From the NCBI GenBank assembly GCA_000995965.1, contig LBYD01000002.1, forward strand, positions 135,889 to 199,888: 64,000 nt of DNA. The letters are read 5' to 3'. Within the stretch, counting starts at the first letter, position 1, and the number at the start of each line of letters is the position of its first letter. Both the position numbers and the translations under genes were made by a program. Below, in pieces: positions 1 through 9,131 of this stretch. This stretch comes from Candidatus Moranbacteria bacterium GW2011_GWC2_40_12 (GTDB taxonomy: Bacteria; Patescibacteriota; Minisyncoccia; Moranbacterales; UBA11712). The notes under the pieces were generated by a model. It made no database searches, was not told where the DNA came from, and saw only the letters and a program-made list of their open reading frames with translations.

Positions 1-124
1 CATACGCGGGCAAGCCATATTTTTTCGAACACAGAAAATGCCCAGCCACATCCAAGCAGGATTGGAAAAGAGACATATTTCTCGTCACCGTAAGTTCCCA
101 ATTTTTATTTCGAAAGCGAATCAT
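1..124 (-). CDS. 5' part of a CDS running off the left edge; possibly another paralog of the swivel-domain array
   Basis: Manual translation from ATG at 124: MIRFRNKNWELTVTRNMSLFQSCLDVAGHFLCSKKYGLPAY; starts 3 bp after the stop of 128..1576, same strand. Confidence 0.5.
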   Translation of the reverse strand, partial: MIRFRNKNWELTVTRNMSLFQSCLDVAGHFLCSKKYGLPAY

Positions 125-127
125 ATA

Positions 128-1576
128 TTATTTCCTTTTGATTATCCTCACAACCCCCTTATCCGCATCCACTTCCACTAAATCGCCGTCACGCAAAACT
201 TTTGTCGCGATTTTGGTGCCGATGATACAAGGCTTCTTCATTTCTCTTGCGATAATAGCCGCATGACAAGTTATTCCGCCCTCATCTGTTATGAAAGCAG
301 CTGCTTTTTCCATCGCACCTATAAAATCGGGTGTTGTCATGGCCGCGACCAAGATGCACCCTTTTCTGCTTTTTCTAAAATCTGATTTATCCCTAATAAT
401 AACTACTCTTCCTCTAACTTTTCCGCGAAAGGCGACATTGCCTTTGACTTCATGGTTTCCAATATTATCTTCTTCGAAATATTTGTTCTTATACTTTTCT
501 ATTTCTTCTTGATTGGAGGAAAAAATTATCTTATTGGGAGATTTTGAAAAAATAATATAATTCTTCAATCTTTTGGTGAGTTCCGATTTTCTGACTGATC
601 TAATCGATGAAATTTCATTTAGTCTAAACTGAGCAATTTCCCTAAAAGCATATCCCTTTCTTTTCCCTATTTCTGCGAGCAAAGGCCTGATATTAAACAT
701 GGCTAAATTCAAATAATCCGTTCTAAATGTTCGGAAATATACCAATTCCTTTGCGTTTTTAATCAATCGTCTTGCGAATTTATCGGCTTTAATTTGCCTT
801 AAAATTTCCTCTGATTTTTGTTTTAGATTGCGCCTGTTTTTTTCTAGAGTAACTAACTTCTTTGCGCAGTCCTCTTTTACTGATTCTTTCAATCTGACAA
901 ACACGTCTTCTTCAGTCCAAGCATCATCCAAACCGCCTCTTGTCATCCAGCCAAACTTCTTGATGTGTCTTTTGATCCTGACTCGATATTTTTTTGGCAA
1001 ACCAGAGACCAATTGAACGGATATCTTGCCCTTTCTGAACGCAACCGCAATTTTTAGAAGCGCCTCTTGCTCTTTGTTAATAATGTTTTTTTTATATGGC
1101 GAAGACAGAATTGCTAAATCTTCGCCGATATCAATTCTTCTTTTTAATAATTCTCTCAATTTTTCCTCTAAAGGAATCTGCAGACAAAAACCGGCAAGCG
1201 TGACCGAAAAAGTTTCATAATAATCTGTAAATTCATCAAAAATATAGACTAATTCTTCCAAGCTAAGATCTGTTAAATCTATCTTCTTAATATCTGCTGA
1301 TTTTTTTATTAAATCTTCTCCTAACTTATATGTATTCGAAAAAAACTTGTCCAGATAATTTTTTTCTTTCGAATCTTTTTCAAGCAGTCTTTCTCCTAGC
1401 TTCTTGAAGTCTTTGGAATAAAACCAGCGATCAAGAATCACTCCCGATGGTATAAACAAGCTAGAGATAAAGAATATCTTTTCGACCTTTTTTGGCTTAG
1501 AAAAACCTCTGATAAATAATTCGGATGTCAGCACGCCATATTTTCGGGATACGTATTGCTCAAATATTTTTTTCAT
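128..1576 (-). CDS. PEP-utilising-enzyme mobile (phospho-His swivel) domain protein, no ATP-binding domain
   Basis: C-terminal MTTPDF...TDEGGITCHAAIIAREMKKPCIIGTKIATKVLRDGDLVEVDA. Confidence 0.85.
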   Translation of the reverse strand: MKKIFEQYVSRKYGVLTSELFIRGFSKPKKVEKIFFISSLFIPSGVILDRWFYSKDFKKLGERLLEKDSKEKNYLDKFFSNTYKLGEDLIKKSADIKKIDLTDLSLEELVYIFDEFTDYYETFSVTLAGFCLQIPLEEKLRELLKRRIDIGEDLAILSSPYKKNIINKEQEALLKIAVAFRKGKISVQLVSGLPKKYRVRIKRHIKKFGWMTRGGLDDAWTEEDVFVRLKESVKEDCAKKLVTLEKNRRNLKQKSEEILRQIKADKFARRLIKNAKELVYFRTFRTDYLNLAMFNIRPLLAEIGKRKGYAFREIAQFRLNEISSIRSVRKSELTKRLKNYIIFSKSPNKIIFSSNQEEIEKYKNKYFEEDNIGNHEVKGNVAFRGKVRGRVVIIRDKSDFRKSRKGCILVAAMTTPDFIGAMEKAAAFITDEGGITCHAAIIAREMKKPCIIGTKIATKVLRDGDLVEVDADKGVVRIIKRK

Positions 1577-2628
1577 CTGTATCTTTTTATTATCTTCACA
1601 ACCCCCTTATCCGCATCAACTTCCACTAGATCACCGTCGTGCAAAACTTTGGTGGCAATTTTCGTGCCAACAATGCAAGGTTTCTGTATTTCTCTTGCTG
1701 TTATAGCCGCGTGGGAGAGCGTGCCGCCAGCGTCAGTTATAAATGCCGACGAATTCATAATCAGGGACAAAAACGCCGGCCTTGTCATTCCAGTAACCAG
1801 TATTTCTCCTTTTTTAATCGTCTGAAGCGTAGGATCTAAGATGATTCTGACTCGACCTCTAACTTTTCCGCGAAAGGCTGGATGTCCTTTTAGAATTTTG
1901 GTAATTTGTTTTCCAATAATTTTATTTTCGTAAAGTTCAGCTTTCTTGCCAGACAGTATTCTGTATTCGCCTCGTTTAAATATCATCGCTATTTTTCTGA
2001 ATCTTTCTTCAAGTATTTTCATCATAGGGACGACATTTTCTTTGTGATAACAATCTATTTCATCCTCTGTTAATTCATTGATTAAAAAAACAGGATATGA
2101 AGTTTTCCGAGAAATCCCAAGGAAATATCTTTGAAAAAATTTTTCTGATTCAACATAAATATGTTCGGAATAAACTCGAGCCTTACTAAATTCTAAAAGC
2201 AACTTCCCATAATCTTTTTTCAAAAGAAAATCGCTAGAAAATTTTATTGCCGCATGCCAAGCGACATAATTTTTCATCGCCTCTAATACTGTGAAATAAT
2301 GTTTTTCTGTTAACTTTTTTTCTTTATGTATTTCCTTTAACATTTTATCTATATAATCGGTTTGCTTTCTAATATTTTTTATCCAAAGAAAAGCTATTTT
2401 TCTGTTTGATTCTATTTTTCGAGCTAGCTTATCGCCAAATTTGGTTATTTCTATTTCTGGCACGAAACCGGCGCTTAAGCCTTTAGCGCCTATTACAAGA
2501 TAATTATCAAAAGAGGTTCCTAGATATTTCCTCATACCTTTAGTATAAAGAAATCCAGGAAATGAAGATGACAACATTCCCCATTTTCCATCCCAAGTCT
2601 TTGTCCACTTCTTATCTTTTTCCATCAT
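1573..2628 (-). CDS. Phospho-His swivel domain protein (shorter paralog)
   Basis: TDAGGTLSHAAITAREIQKPCIVGT motif; overlaps both neighbours by 4 bp. Confidence 0.85.
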   Translation of the reverse strand: MMEKDKKWTKTWDGKWGMLSSSFPGFLYTKGMRKYLGTSFDNYLVIGAKGLSAGFVPEIEITKFGDKLARKIESNRKIAFLWIKNIRKQTDYIDKMLKEIHKEKKLTEKHYFTVLEAMKNYVAWHAAIKFSSDFLLKKDYGKLLLEFSKARVYSEHIYVESEKFFQRYFLGISRKTSYPVFLINELTEDEIDCYHKENVVPMMKILEERFRKIAMIFKRGEYRILSGKKAELYENKIIGKQITKILKGHPAFRGKVRGRVRIILDPTLQTIKKGEILVTGMTRPAFLSLIMNSSAFITDAGGTLSHAAITAREIQKPCIVGTKIATKVLHDGDLVEVDADKGVVKIIKRYR

Positions 2629-3086
2629 ACTTTATTTATCATCATAAGCGCCGCCTCAGCCGCTTCGCGGCCTTTGTTTTCTTTACCGCGGGAGCGGACT
2701 TGGGCTTGCTTCAGATTGTTGCACGTTAGCACTCCAAATCCGATCGGGATATCGAATTTTAGCATCACGTCCATGATGCCTCGCGAGGATTCATTGCAAA
2801 TATAATAATAGTGATCGGTCTGGCCTTTGATGACACAGCCGATAGCGACAAGCGCGTCGTATTTTTTTGTTTGCGCCAGCCTTTGGCAAGCCAGCGGGAT
2901 TTCAAAAGACCCTGGAACCCAAACAGTTTTTATATTTCCCGCCTTAACTTTATTTTCCTTGAGCGTTTCCAGCGCGCCATCAAGCATTGATTTCGTGATA
3001 TTGCTATTGAACTGCGAAACCACAATTCCAATTTTCAATTTTGACCCGTCATTTTTTTTCGAGTGCCCTTTTTTAGCATTTAGCAT
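2625..3086 (-). CDS. ribH: 6,7-dimethyl-8-ribityllumazine synthase
   Basis: IGIVVSQFN, VPGSFEIP, GCVIKGQTDHYYYI, PIGFGVLT motifs. Confidence 0.95.
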   Translation of the reverse strand: MLNAKKGHSKKNDGSKLKIGIVVSQFNSNITKSMLDGALETLKENKVKAGNIKTVWVPGSFEIPLACQRLAQTKKYDALVAIGCVIKGQTDHYYYICNESSRGIMDVMLKFDIPIGFGVLTCNNLKQAQVRSRGKENKGREAAEAALMMINKV

Positions 3087-3675
3087 GTCCGGTATTTTTT
3101 AAAATATTAAAAATATATTTCGCGATTGCATCCGTCTCAATATTCACTTTTGCGCCGACTTTGATTTTTCCGAGATTGGTGTTTTCAAGCGTATAGCTCA
3201 CGAGCGAGACCGTAAACCAGTTTTTCTTTGACTCAACGATTGTGAGGCTGATTCCATCAATGGAAACCGACCCCTTCGGCGCCATAAATTTCATAAATTC
3301 TTTCGGAACTTTTATTTTTATCACTATCGATTCTTTCACTTTTTTTATTTCAATAATTTTACCCACACAATCCACGTGCCCCTGCACAATGTGCCCGTCC
3401 ATGAGATCCCCAACCCGCAAACTTCGCTCAAGATTAACTTCTTTACCTTTTTGAAAATCTCCGACAGTAGTTTTTTTGACTGTTTCCGGCATATATTCGA
3501 CCGTAAAATTACCACGGCTTATTTTATTGACCGTCGAGCAGACACCATTCACTGAAATACTTTCGCCAAGTTTAATATCCCAGCCTCTTGGAATTTTTAT
3601 CTCAACAAAAAGACTTCCCTTTTGCCAAGATATTCTGTCGACTTTCGATAATTTTTTGATTATTCCTGTAAACAT
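3073..3675 (-). CDS. ribE: Riboflavin synthase (alpha chain)
   Basis: MFTGII start, SISVNGVCST, VNLERSL, GHIVQGHVD, KGSVSIDGISLT. Confidence 0.95.
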   Translation of the reverse strand: MFTGIIKKLSKVDRISWQKGSLFVEIKIPRGWDIKLGESISVNGVCSTVNKISRGNFTVEYMPETVKKTTVGDFQKGKEVNLERSLRVGDLMDGHIVQGHVDCVGKIIEIKKVKESIVIKIKVPKEFMKFMAPKGSVSIDGISLTIVESKKNWFTVSLVSYTLENTNLGKIKVGAKVNIETDAIAKYIFNILKNTGHAKC

Positions 3676-3680
3676 AAGCG

Positions 3681-4137
3681 ACTCGCGAATTTGAGCAAAT
3701 TATAGCTAATATAAGCGAACTCTTGGATTTACGATTCGTTTATACTGCAGTTTATTCAACTTGAAATTTATTATTATGCCGAGCTTTAAACCTGTTGCGT
3801 CTAGATATCTTAGCACTTGTTTAACGTCATTGTAATGTATAAAATTCACCCGCTTGAACTCCAGCAAAATTTTATTATCTATAACAAAATCTGCAAAAAA
3901 TTCTCCTATTTCAGAATTATCTTTGGTTTTTACCACCATTTGTCTTTCTTTCTCATAAGGCATTTTGAGCTTTTTTAGTCTTTCCTCAAACAATTTCTGA
4001 TAATGCTTTTCCTGATAAATATTTCCAAGTTCATTGTGCACTTCCATAGCCAAACCGACTATTTTATAACTTAACTCCGGATAAACCAAACCTTTATTCG
4101 CTCCCATTCGCTTTTCATTAGCTCCATATTCGCGAGT
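3681..4137. mobile_element. Putative 'full' family-A element: inverted arms (3681-3720, 4096-4137) enclosing a GxxExxY coding region
   Basis: Left arm ACTCGCGAAT-TTGAGCAAAT-TATAGCTAAT-ATAAGCGAAC; right arm ATTCGCTCCC-ATTCGCTTTTC-ATTAGCTCCAT-ATTCGCGAGT; terminal 10-mers are exact reverse complements. Mobility is inferred. Confidence 0.55.
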
Positions 4138-4485
4138 TATTCTTTCAATATCTTTTTTTATCTGCCTTTTCAACTCTTCCTCGCTTTTGAATTTCATGAT
4201 GTTTCTAATCTTCTCCCCAATCTCTATTTCAATTTCTTTTCCGTATAAATCCCCCTTGAATCCGATAAGATGCGCTTCGAGCAATTTCCCATCCTGACTC
4301 ACAAAAATCCCAGCCAACCACTCATTCGCTCCGATTCGCTTTCCATTCGCTCCTAATTCGCGAGTTATTACTTTCCCCGCATAAACCCCGTTTTCAATTT
4401 TTTCATGAAGCTTAATATTAGCCGTTGGAAAATCAAGTTTTTTTCCTTTTCCCTTGCCATGAATTACTGTTCCGCATATTTTCAT
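3706..4485 (-). CDS. Riboflavin kinase (RibF C-terminal domain) fused in frame to a GxxExxY-family (PD-(D/E)XK-like) domain
   Basis: N-half: GKKLDFPTAN, GVY, LEAHL, LYG, IRNIMKF...QIKKD. C-half: YPELSYKIVGLAMEVHNELG..QEKHY, ADFVID..ILLEFK, QVLRYL..GLKLGIIINF. Alternative internal ATG at 4107. Confidence 0.85.
   Translation of the reverse strand: MKICGTVIHGKGKGKKLDFPTANIKLHEKIENGVYAGKVITRELGANGKRIGANEWLAGIFVSQDGKLLEAHLIGFKGDLYGKEIEIEIGEKIRNIMKFKSEEELKRQIKKDIERITREYGANEKRMGANKGLVYPELSYKIVGLAMEVHNELGNIYQEKHYQKLFEERLKKLKMPYEKERQMVVKTKDNSEIGEFFADFVIDNKILLEFKRVNFIHYNDVKQVLRYLDATGLKLGIIINFKLNKLQYKRIVNPRVRLY
4324..4365. repeat. Solo family-A arm read in frame inside the riboflavin kinase
   Basis: ATTCGCTCCG-ATTCGCTTTCC-ATTCGCTCCTA-ATTCGCGAGT; encodes TRELGANGKRIGAN, matching TREYGANEKRMGAN at 4096-4137. 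Confidence 0.85.
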
Positions 4486-5951
4486 GATTTTCTTTTCAAT
4501 ATTTTTACGACGCCGTGATTCGCCCGCACTTCCACCAAATCTCCATCATGCAAAACTTTTGTCGCAATTTTTGTTGCCACAATCCCGGGAATTTTGAGCT
4601 CGCGTGAAACAATCGCCGCGTGGCAAGTCATTCCGCCTTCATCGGTCACAACTGCAGAGGCTTTCCTCAAAGCGACTATGTAATCAGGAGTTGTCATGGT
4701 TGTAACGAGAATATCGCCTTTTTTCATTTTCCCAATTTCTCTGGGACTAAGCACAATTTTTACTCTTCCCGTCACGTTTCCCCGGTTGACAACCAATCCC
4801 CTGAGTTCCTGTATATTTTTTTCCACACTTTTCTTCGCATACCGCTGAAATGTTTTTTGAGCAGCTATTCCCGAAAACAAATGGATCATTTCTTCGCCCG
4901 GATCCGCGTAGACCAAAAATCCTTTCTTTCTTCTCACGATTTCATCTTCGCTTACTGCCCGTCCGCTTACCAAACTTTCCAGATCCCCGACTGTATAAAA
5001 AAATAAGTTGTCGCTCTTTACTCTATACCTTCCGGAAAATTCCTTGAGAAACAAACTTATGACATAATTCGCCTGGAAAATGAATGATTTCCGGAGATCC
5101 TGCCACCAAATGCAAAAAGCCAGTTGTCGGCCTATTGTCAGGATTGTTTTTGGCAGTTTATGTCTTTTTGCTGTTTTTTTCTTATTTTTAATCGTCTCTT
5201 TTTTTATTTTTTCAATTTCCCTTATCTTCTTTCTCGCCCGCTCCGCAGTTATCCCGCCTAAATTTTTCCCGAAGAAAGAAATAGGCAATATTTGAACATG
5301 ATGGTAACTGTTGAGCATCCAAAAATATTTCTTCTGGTGCTCCGCCAGCCTTTCACCTCTTTTTTTATTATCTTTTTCAAGCGCTATTGCCAGCAAATCC
5401 ATACTTTCTTTTTGATAAAAAGAAAGGTCTTCCGGAGCAGTCAAGCTTTCAAGGGCCTGAATAAAATCGCTTTCGTCTCTTATTCTATTTCTCAATTCTT
5501 TCACGAGCAGCTGCTCGCCGCCCCAGCCGGCCATTTCCGGCAGAAGCCCATTTCGCCAAAAATTTCTATTATAAATTGAAATGAATTTTGAAAATAGTTT
5601 TCTCAAATCAACGTCCGCCAACGAAGAAAGATTCGTTTTTTCGATTTTATTTTTGATCAGGATAAAATTCTTCAAATCTTTTTGCCATTTCGCATAAGCT
5701 TTTTTGAATCTCGTTTTGCTCAAAACATATTTTTTGAAAATTTTCTCCCCGTCATCGTGCAATTTTTTGTGGTCGCATACAAAAACCAGTTTTCCTTTTT
5801 CATAAAAGATAACGTTGGGAGGCCACCCGGGTTGATAAATCCGGCTGAAAATAAACGTTCCCAAATTCCAAAAATCGGGGAACACCGGCTGGCCATCAGC
5901 CGGTCCCCAATAAAATATTTTTCTTTTTGGATCAATCTTGATCTTGATCAT
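4482..5951 (-). CDS. Phospho-His swivel domain protein
   Basis: MTTPDY...TDEGGMTCHAAIVSRELKIP. Confidence 0.85.
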   Translation of the reverse strand: MIKIKIDPKRKIFYWGPADGQPVFPDFWNLGTFIFSRIYQPGWPPNVIFYEKGKLVFVCDHKKLHDDGEKIFKKYVLSKTRFKKAYAKWQKDLKNFILIKNKIEKTNLSSLADVDLRKLFSKFISIYNRNFWRNGLLPEMAGWGGEQLLVKELRNRIRDESDFIQALESLTAPEDLSFYQKESMDLLAIALEKDNKKRGERLAEHQKKYFWMLNSYHHVQILPISFFGKNLGGITAERARKKIREIEKIKKETIKNKKKTAKRHKLPKTILTIGRQLAFCIWWQDLRKSFIFQANYVISLFLKEFSGRYRVKSDNLFFYTVGDLESLVSGRAVSEDEIVRRKKGFLVYADPGEEMIHLFSGIAAQKTFQRYAKKSVEKNIQELRGLVVNRGNVTGRVKIVLSPREIGKMKKGDILVTTMTTPDYIVALRKASAVVTDEGGMTCHAAIVSRELKIPGIVATKIATKVLHDGDLVEVRANHGVVKILKRKS

Positions 5952-7426
5952 TATAATTTTCTTATCAGCCCCTTTTCCGCATCGACTTCAATGGTATCTC
6001 CGTCTTTTATGACGGACAAAATTCCTTGCACGCCGACAATGCAGGGAGTCTTGAGCTCCCGCGAAACAATGGCCGCGTGGCAGGTGATGCCTCCTTCTTG
6101 CGAAATAATCGCTCCCGCGATTTTCAAAACGGGGAGAAATTCGGGGCGGGGGTTGGGAGCCACCAATATATCGCCCTTTTTCATTTTGTGAAAATCATTT
6201 TGGTCCCGGATGATTTTCACTTTTCCCTCGACAATCCCCGCGTAAGCCGGCATGCCACTAAGCCCCGAATATTTGCCAACTTGCTCTTTGAGAAATACAT
6301 TGAGTCTTTCGGCCTGTTTTCCCTTCATGGCCGAAAATTTTTCGAGGCCGGTTTTGAAATATAGCCAGCCTTTCGGCCGCGATTCAATTTCGCGTATTCT
6401 TTGTTTGTTCAGCTTGAACAAGTTTTTCATTTCCCAGTGGAACATATATTCCACTGCGTTTATCTCAAGTCCGGACTTGCGGCTGAATTCTTCCGCAAAT
6501 TTTCGCAAGGTGTTCCCGGCCATCTGGTTGAAACTTTTTCGCGCGTCACGGAAATTCCCCAGTATCGCCAGAAAATTTATCACGTTAATAAATTCTTTTG
6601 AAAGCCTATATTTTTTCGCTATTCTTTTTTTTCTGCTTTCTAAATTGGCAAGCGCTCTTCGCATTTCTTTTTCCTCCCGAAGTTTCTTTTTATCTTGAAT
6701 AATTTCTTTGATTTTTTTGAGGAAATGCCGCTGGTCCAGATAATGGACTTTCGCAAAATCATTCTGCAGCCAATAATAGTTTGCGACGATACTTCGCAAA
6801 TATTTGTTTCTCCCGTCTTCTGAAATATTTTTCTTCAACATTATCTCCGCCAGTTTCAGCAGGTCCATCCTTTCCTTTTGCAAAAATGACGGTCCCGGGG
6901 GAGTTAGCAAGATTTCCAAATCACTCCCATCAATATTTTTCTTTTCCCTGTCCATGGCCTTCCGCAATATTTCTTCTCCAAAATAGTCGAAGGAATCAAG
7001 AAAAATGGCTTCATACCAAACAGCAAGGTAGATATCGGTAAATTTTTTAAATAAAGCTAAAAGTTCGGCGTCTGAATATTTCGACAAATCTTGGCCAAAT
7101 GTTTTTTTGTTTAAGTTCAAATATGGGTTGACGTATTTTTTGTGCCAGTTGTTGATTAGCTTGGAAATAAATTTTTTATCCCTCTTTTGTCTTTCATAAT
7201 AATATCTTCCTCCGCTCTCCAAAGAGCGTTTAGAGATATAATCGTCCATAAAATCATTTTTTATATAGACAAAAAGTTCGTATTTCGGCGGAATCTTTTT
7301 CCCGAATATTTTCATGAGAGAACATGCGTGCCACGGATAGGAAATATAAAGCGGCTTCACCGCCGCTCCCTGCTGGTACCATTCGATTTTCCCGATTTTT
7401 TCCCTTATTTCTTTGCAGTTCATCAA
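5951..7426 (-). CDS. Phospho-His swivel domain protein
   Basis: SQEGGITCHAAIVSRELKTPCIVG. Confidence 0.85.
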   Translation of the reverse strand: MMNCKEIREKIGKIEWYQQGAAVKPLYISYPWHACSLMKIFGKKIPPKYELFVYIKNDFMDDYISKRSLESGGRYYYERQKRDKKFISKLINNWHKKYVNPYLNLNKKTFGQDLSKYSDAELLALFKKFTDIYLAVWYEAIFLDSFDYFGEEILRKAMDREKKNIDGSDLEILLTPPGPSFLQKERMDLLKLAEIMLKKNISEDGRNKYLRSIVANYYWLQNDFAKVHYLDQRHFLKKIKEIIQDKKKLREEKEMRRALANLESRKKRIAKKYRLSKEFINVINFLAILGNFRDARKSFNQMAGNTLRKFAEEFSRKSGLEINAVEYMFHWEMKNLFKLNKQRIREIESRPKGWLYFKTGLEKFSAMKGKQAERLNVFLKEQVGKYSGLSGMPAYAGIVEGKVKIIRDQNDFHKMKKGDILVAPNPRPEFLPVLKIAGAIISQEGGITCHAAIVSRELKTPCIVGVQGILSVIKDGDTIEVDAEKGLIRKL

Positions 7427-7427
7427 T

Positions 7428-8861
7428 TTATAGCTTGATTATTTTTGCCACGCCCTTTGTCGCATCAACTTCAACAATGTCATTGTCCTCAAATATTTTC
7501 GTGGCAATTTTCGTCCCCACGATACACGGGATTTTCAATTCCCGCGAAACAATTGCGGCATGGCAAGTGAGCCCGCCCTCATCCGTAATAATTGCAGCCG
7601 CTTTTTTCATTACCGCGATATAGTCTGGGGTAGTCATGCCGCAGATCAACACATCTCTCCTTTTAATCTTCCTCAATGCGTCTTCTAGCCCATTACAGAC
7701 TTTCGCTGTTCCGGTCACTTTGCCCGGCATAGCTCCGAAGCCTTTAACTTCATTGCCGTTCTCAATATTTTCTTTAATCTCTGATCTGAATTTTTTTACA
7801 GCAGCCTTCCCTCTAAAAACCTTTAGTCCGTTGCCGTCTATAAGCGTAAGCGTTGCCTGTTTGCCTTTGATAATTTCTTTACGGTTAAACTTGCCTTTTT
7901 GCAGCGCTTCAAAAACCTCGTTGCCCCAAAGCCAGTTCAGGTCCTCTTCATCAATTTTGAGACGCCTGGACATTTCCAGCATAATCAAATAAAGGGCATG
8001 GTTTGTCTTTACCTGCATCTCTTTTCGCGCCTCGTGATAGTATGCATATTTATCTAAAAATTCGAGCCAAATCGAAATTTTTTCCAGCTTATATTTTTTT
8101 GTTAATCTTGACCGATTGTTTTTTATCTCCCGTTGCTGCGCTCTGATTTCTTTCAATTTTTTCTTTGCCCTGGCTTTATCTGAAATCCTTTTTATTCGAG
8201 AAATAAAATATTTTTCCGAGTGCGGCGTCAAATTTTCCCAGCCAAGACCCGTCCACCAATACCGCTTATATAGCCCCGTATAATCTTTTTCGGTTATATT
8301 TTTTTTCAGGGCAAGCTTCAGCACGGCTTCTTCCTCTTGGTTCAGATACGTTTTGTATGCGGGAATCGATATTGCCTCGAAGAATTTCTGGAATTCTTCT
8401 TCGTTTATTGGTTTTTTCAGATTCTCTTTTATTTTATTTCGAAGAAAATCTTCAAAGTGTACATCAAACGCATCGATGTCCACGTTTAGGAGCCCATGCG
8501 CGGGTCCCGCTTCTCTAATCAGAAAAATATAAAGATTGATTAATTCACCATTTGAACAATCGCGAAGATTGTACTCATAAATCTTTTCAGCCGCAATTAT
8601 TGCTTTTTTAATAAGTTTGTCGAACCGATGAAAGTGTTTTTTTCTTCCAAGGGAAGTGGCGCAAAGCTTCATCGTATGGCGGCCCAAGACGCGGATTCGT
8701 TTTTCTCCCCAAGCGAAGATGAGTTTTGGCCCATGATCAAAGAAAATAGACTCTACGACAGGCGCGCCGGTGAGTTTAGCCGAATACTCATGATGCCCCA
8801 GTAGCGCAAGCGTAAACCAATTTGGATAAATTGTTCCCCTTGAATAAGTTAACCAATCCAT
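7428..8861 (-). CDS. Phospho-His swivel domain protein
   Basis: MTTPDY...TDEGGLTCHAAIVSRELKIPCIVGT. Confidence 0.85.
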   Translation of the reverse strand: MDWLTYSRGTIYPNWFTLALLGHHEYSAKLTGAPVVESIFFDHGPKLIFAWGEKRIRVLGRHTMKLCATSLGRKKHFHRFDKLIKKAIIAAEKIYEYNLRDCSNGELINLYIFLIREAGPAHGLLNVDIDAFDVHFEDFLRNKIKENLKKPINEEEFQKFFEAISIPAYKTYLNQEEEAVLKLALKKNITEKDYTGLYKRYWWTGLGWENLTPHSEKYFISRIKRISDKARAKKKLKEIRAQQREIKNNRSRLTKKYKLEKISIWLEFLDKYAYYHEARKEMQVKTNHALYLIMLEMSRRLKIDEEDLNWLWGNEVFEALQKGKFNRKEIIKGKQATLTLIDGNGLKVFRGKAAVKKFRSEIKENIENGNEVKGFGAMPGKVTGTAKVCNGLEDALRKIKRRDVLICGMTTPDYIAVMKKAAAIITDEGGLTCHAAIVSRELKIPCIVGTKIATKIFEDNDIVEVDATKGVAKIIKL

Positions 8862-8959
8862 TTGAAGGAATAATCAAGCTGAATTACTAGCCAAATGTTA
8901 GCTTAAAAAGGCCTTTTTTACAAGAGATTTCGCAATTGTTTCACGGAAACACACCGAAC

Positions 8960-8988
8960 TTGACATTTAGAGAAAAAGAGGCTATAAT
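8960..8988 (+). promoter_or_regulatory. Consensus sigma70 promoter
   Basis: TTGACA(8960-8965)-17 bp-TATAAT(8983-8988); boxA-like TGTTCTTTGAAA follows at 8999-9010. Confidence 0.8.
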
Positions 8989-9131
8989 TATACGTTATTG
9001 TTCTTTGAAAGCGGGTTTCACGCATTTGCCTGCCGATTAGTTAACTCCAATGTGGTCGCAAAAAAATAATCTTGCGTTTACTTTGAGTTAACTAACGGCA
9101 CCTGGTGCCGATCATTTTGAAGAAGGATGAC

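Noticed and set aside
8862-9131. FMN riboswitch for the rib genes
   Set aside because: No recognisable RFN consensus in this or other upstream gaps
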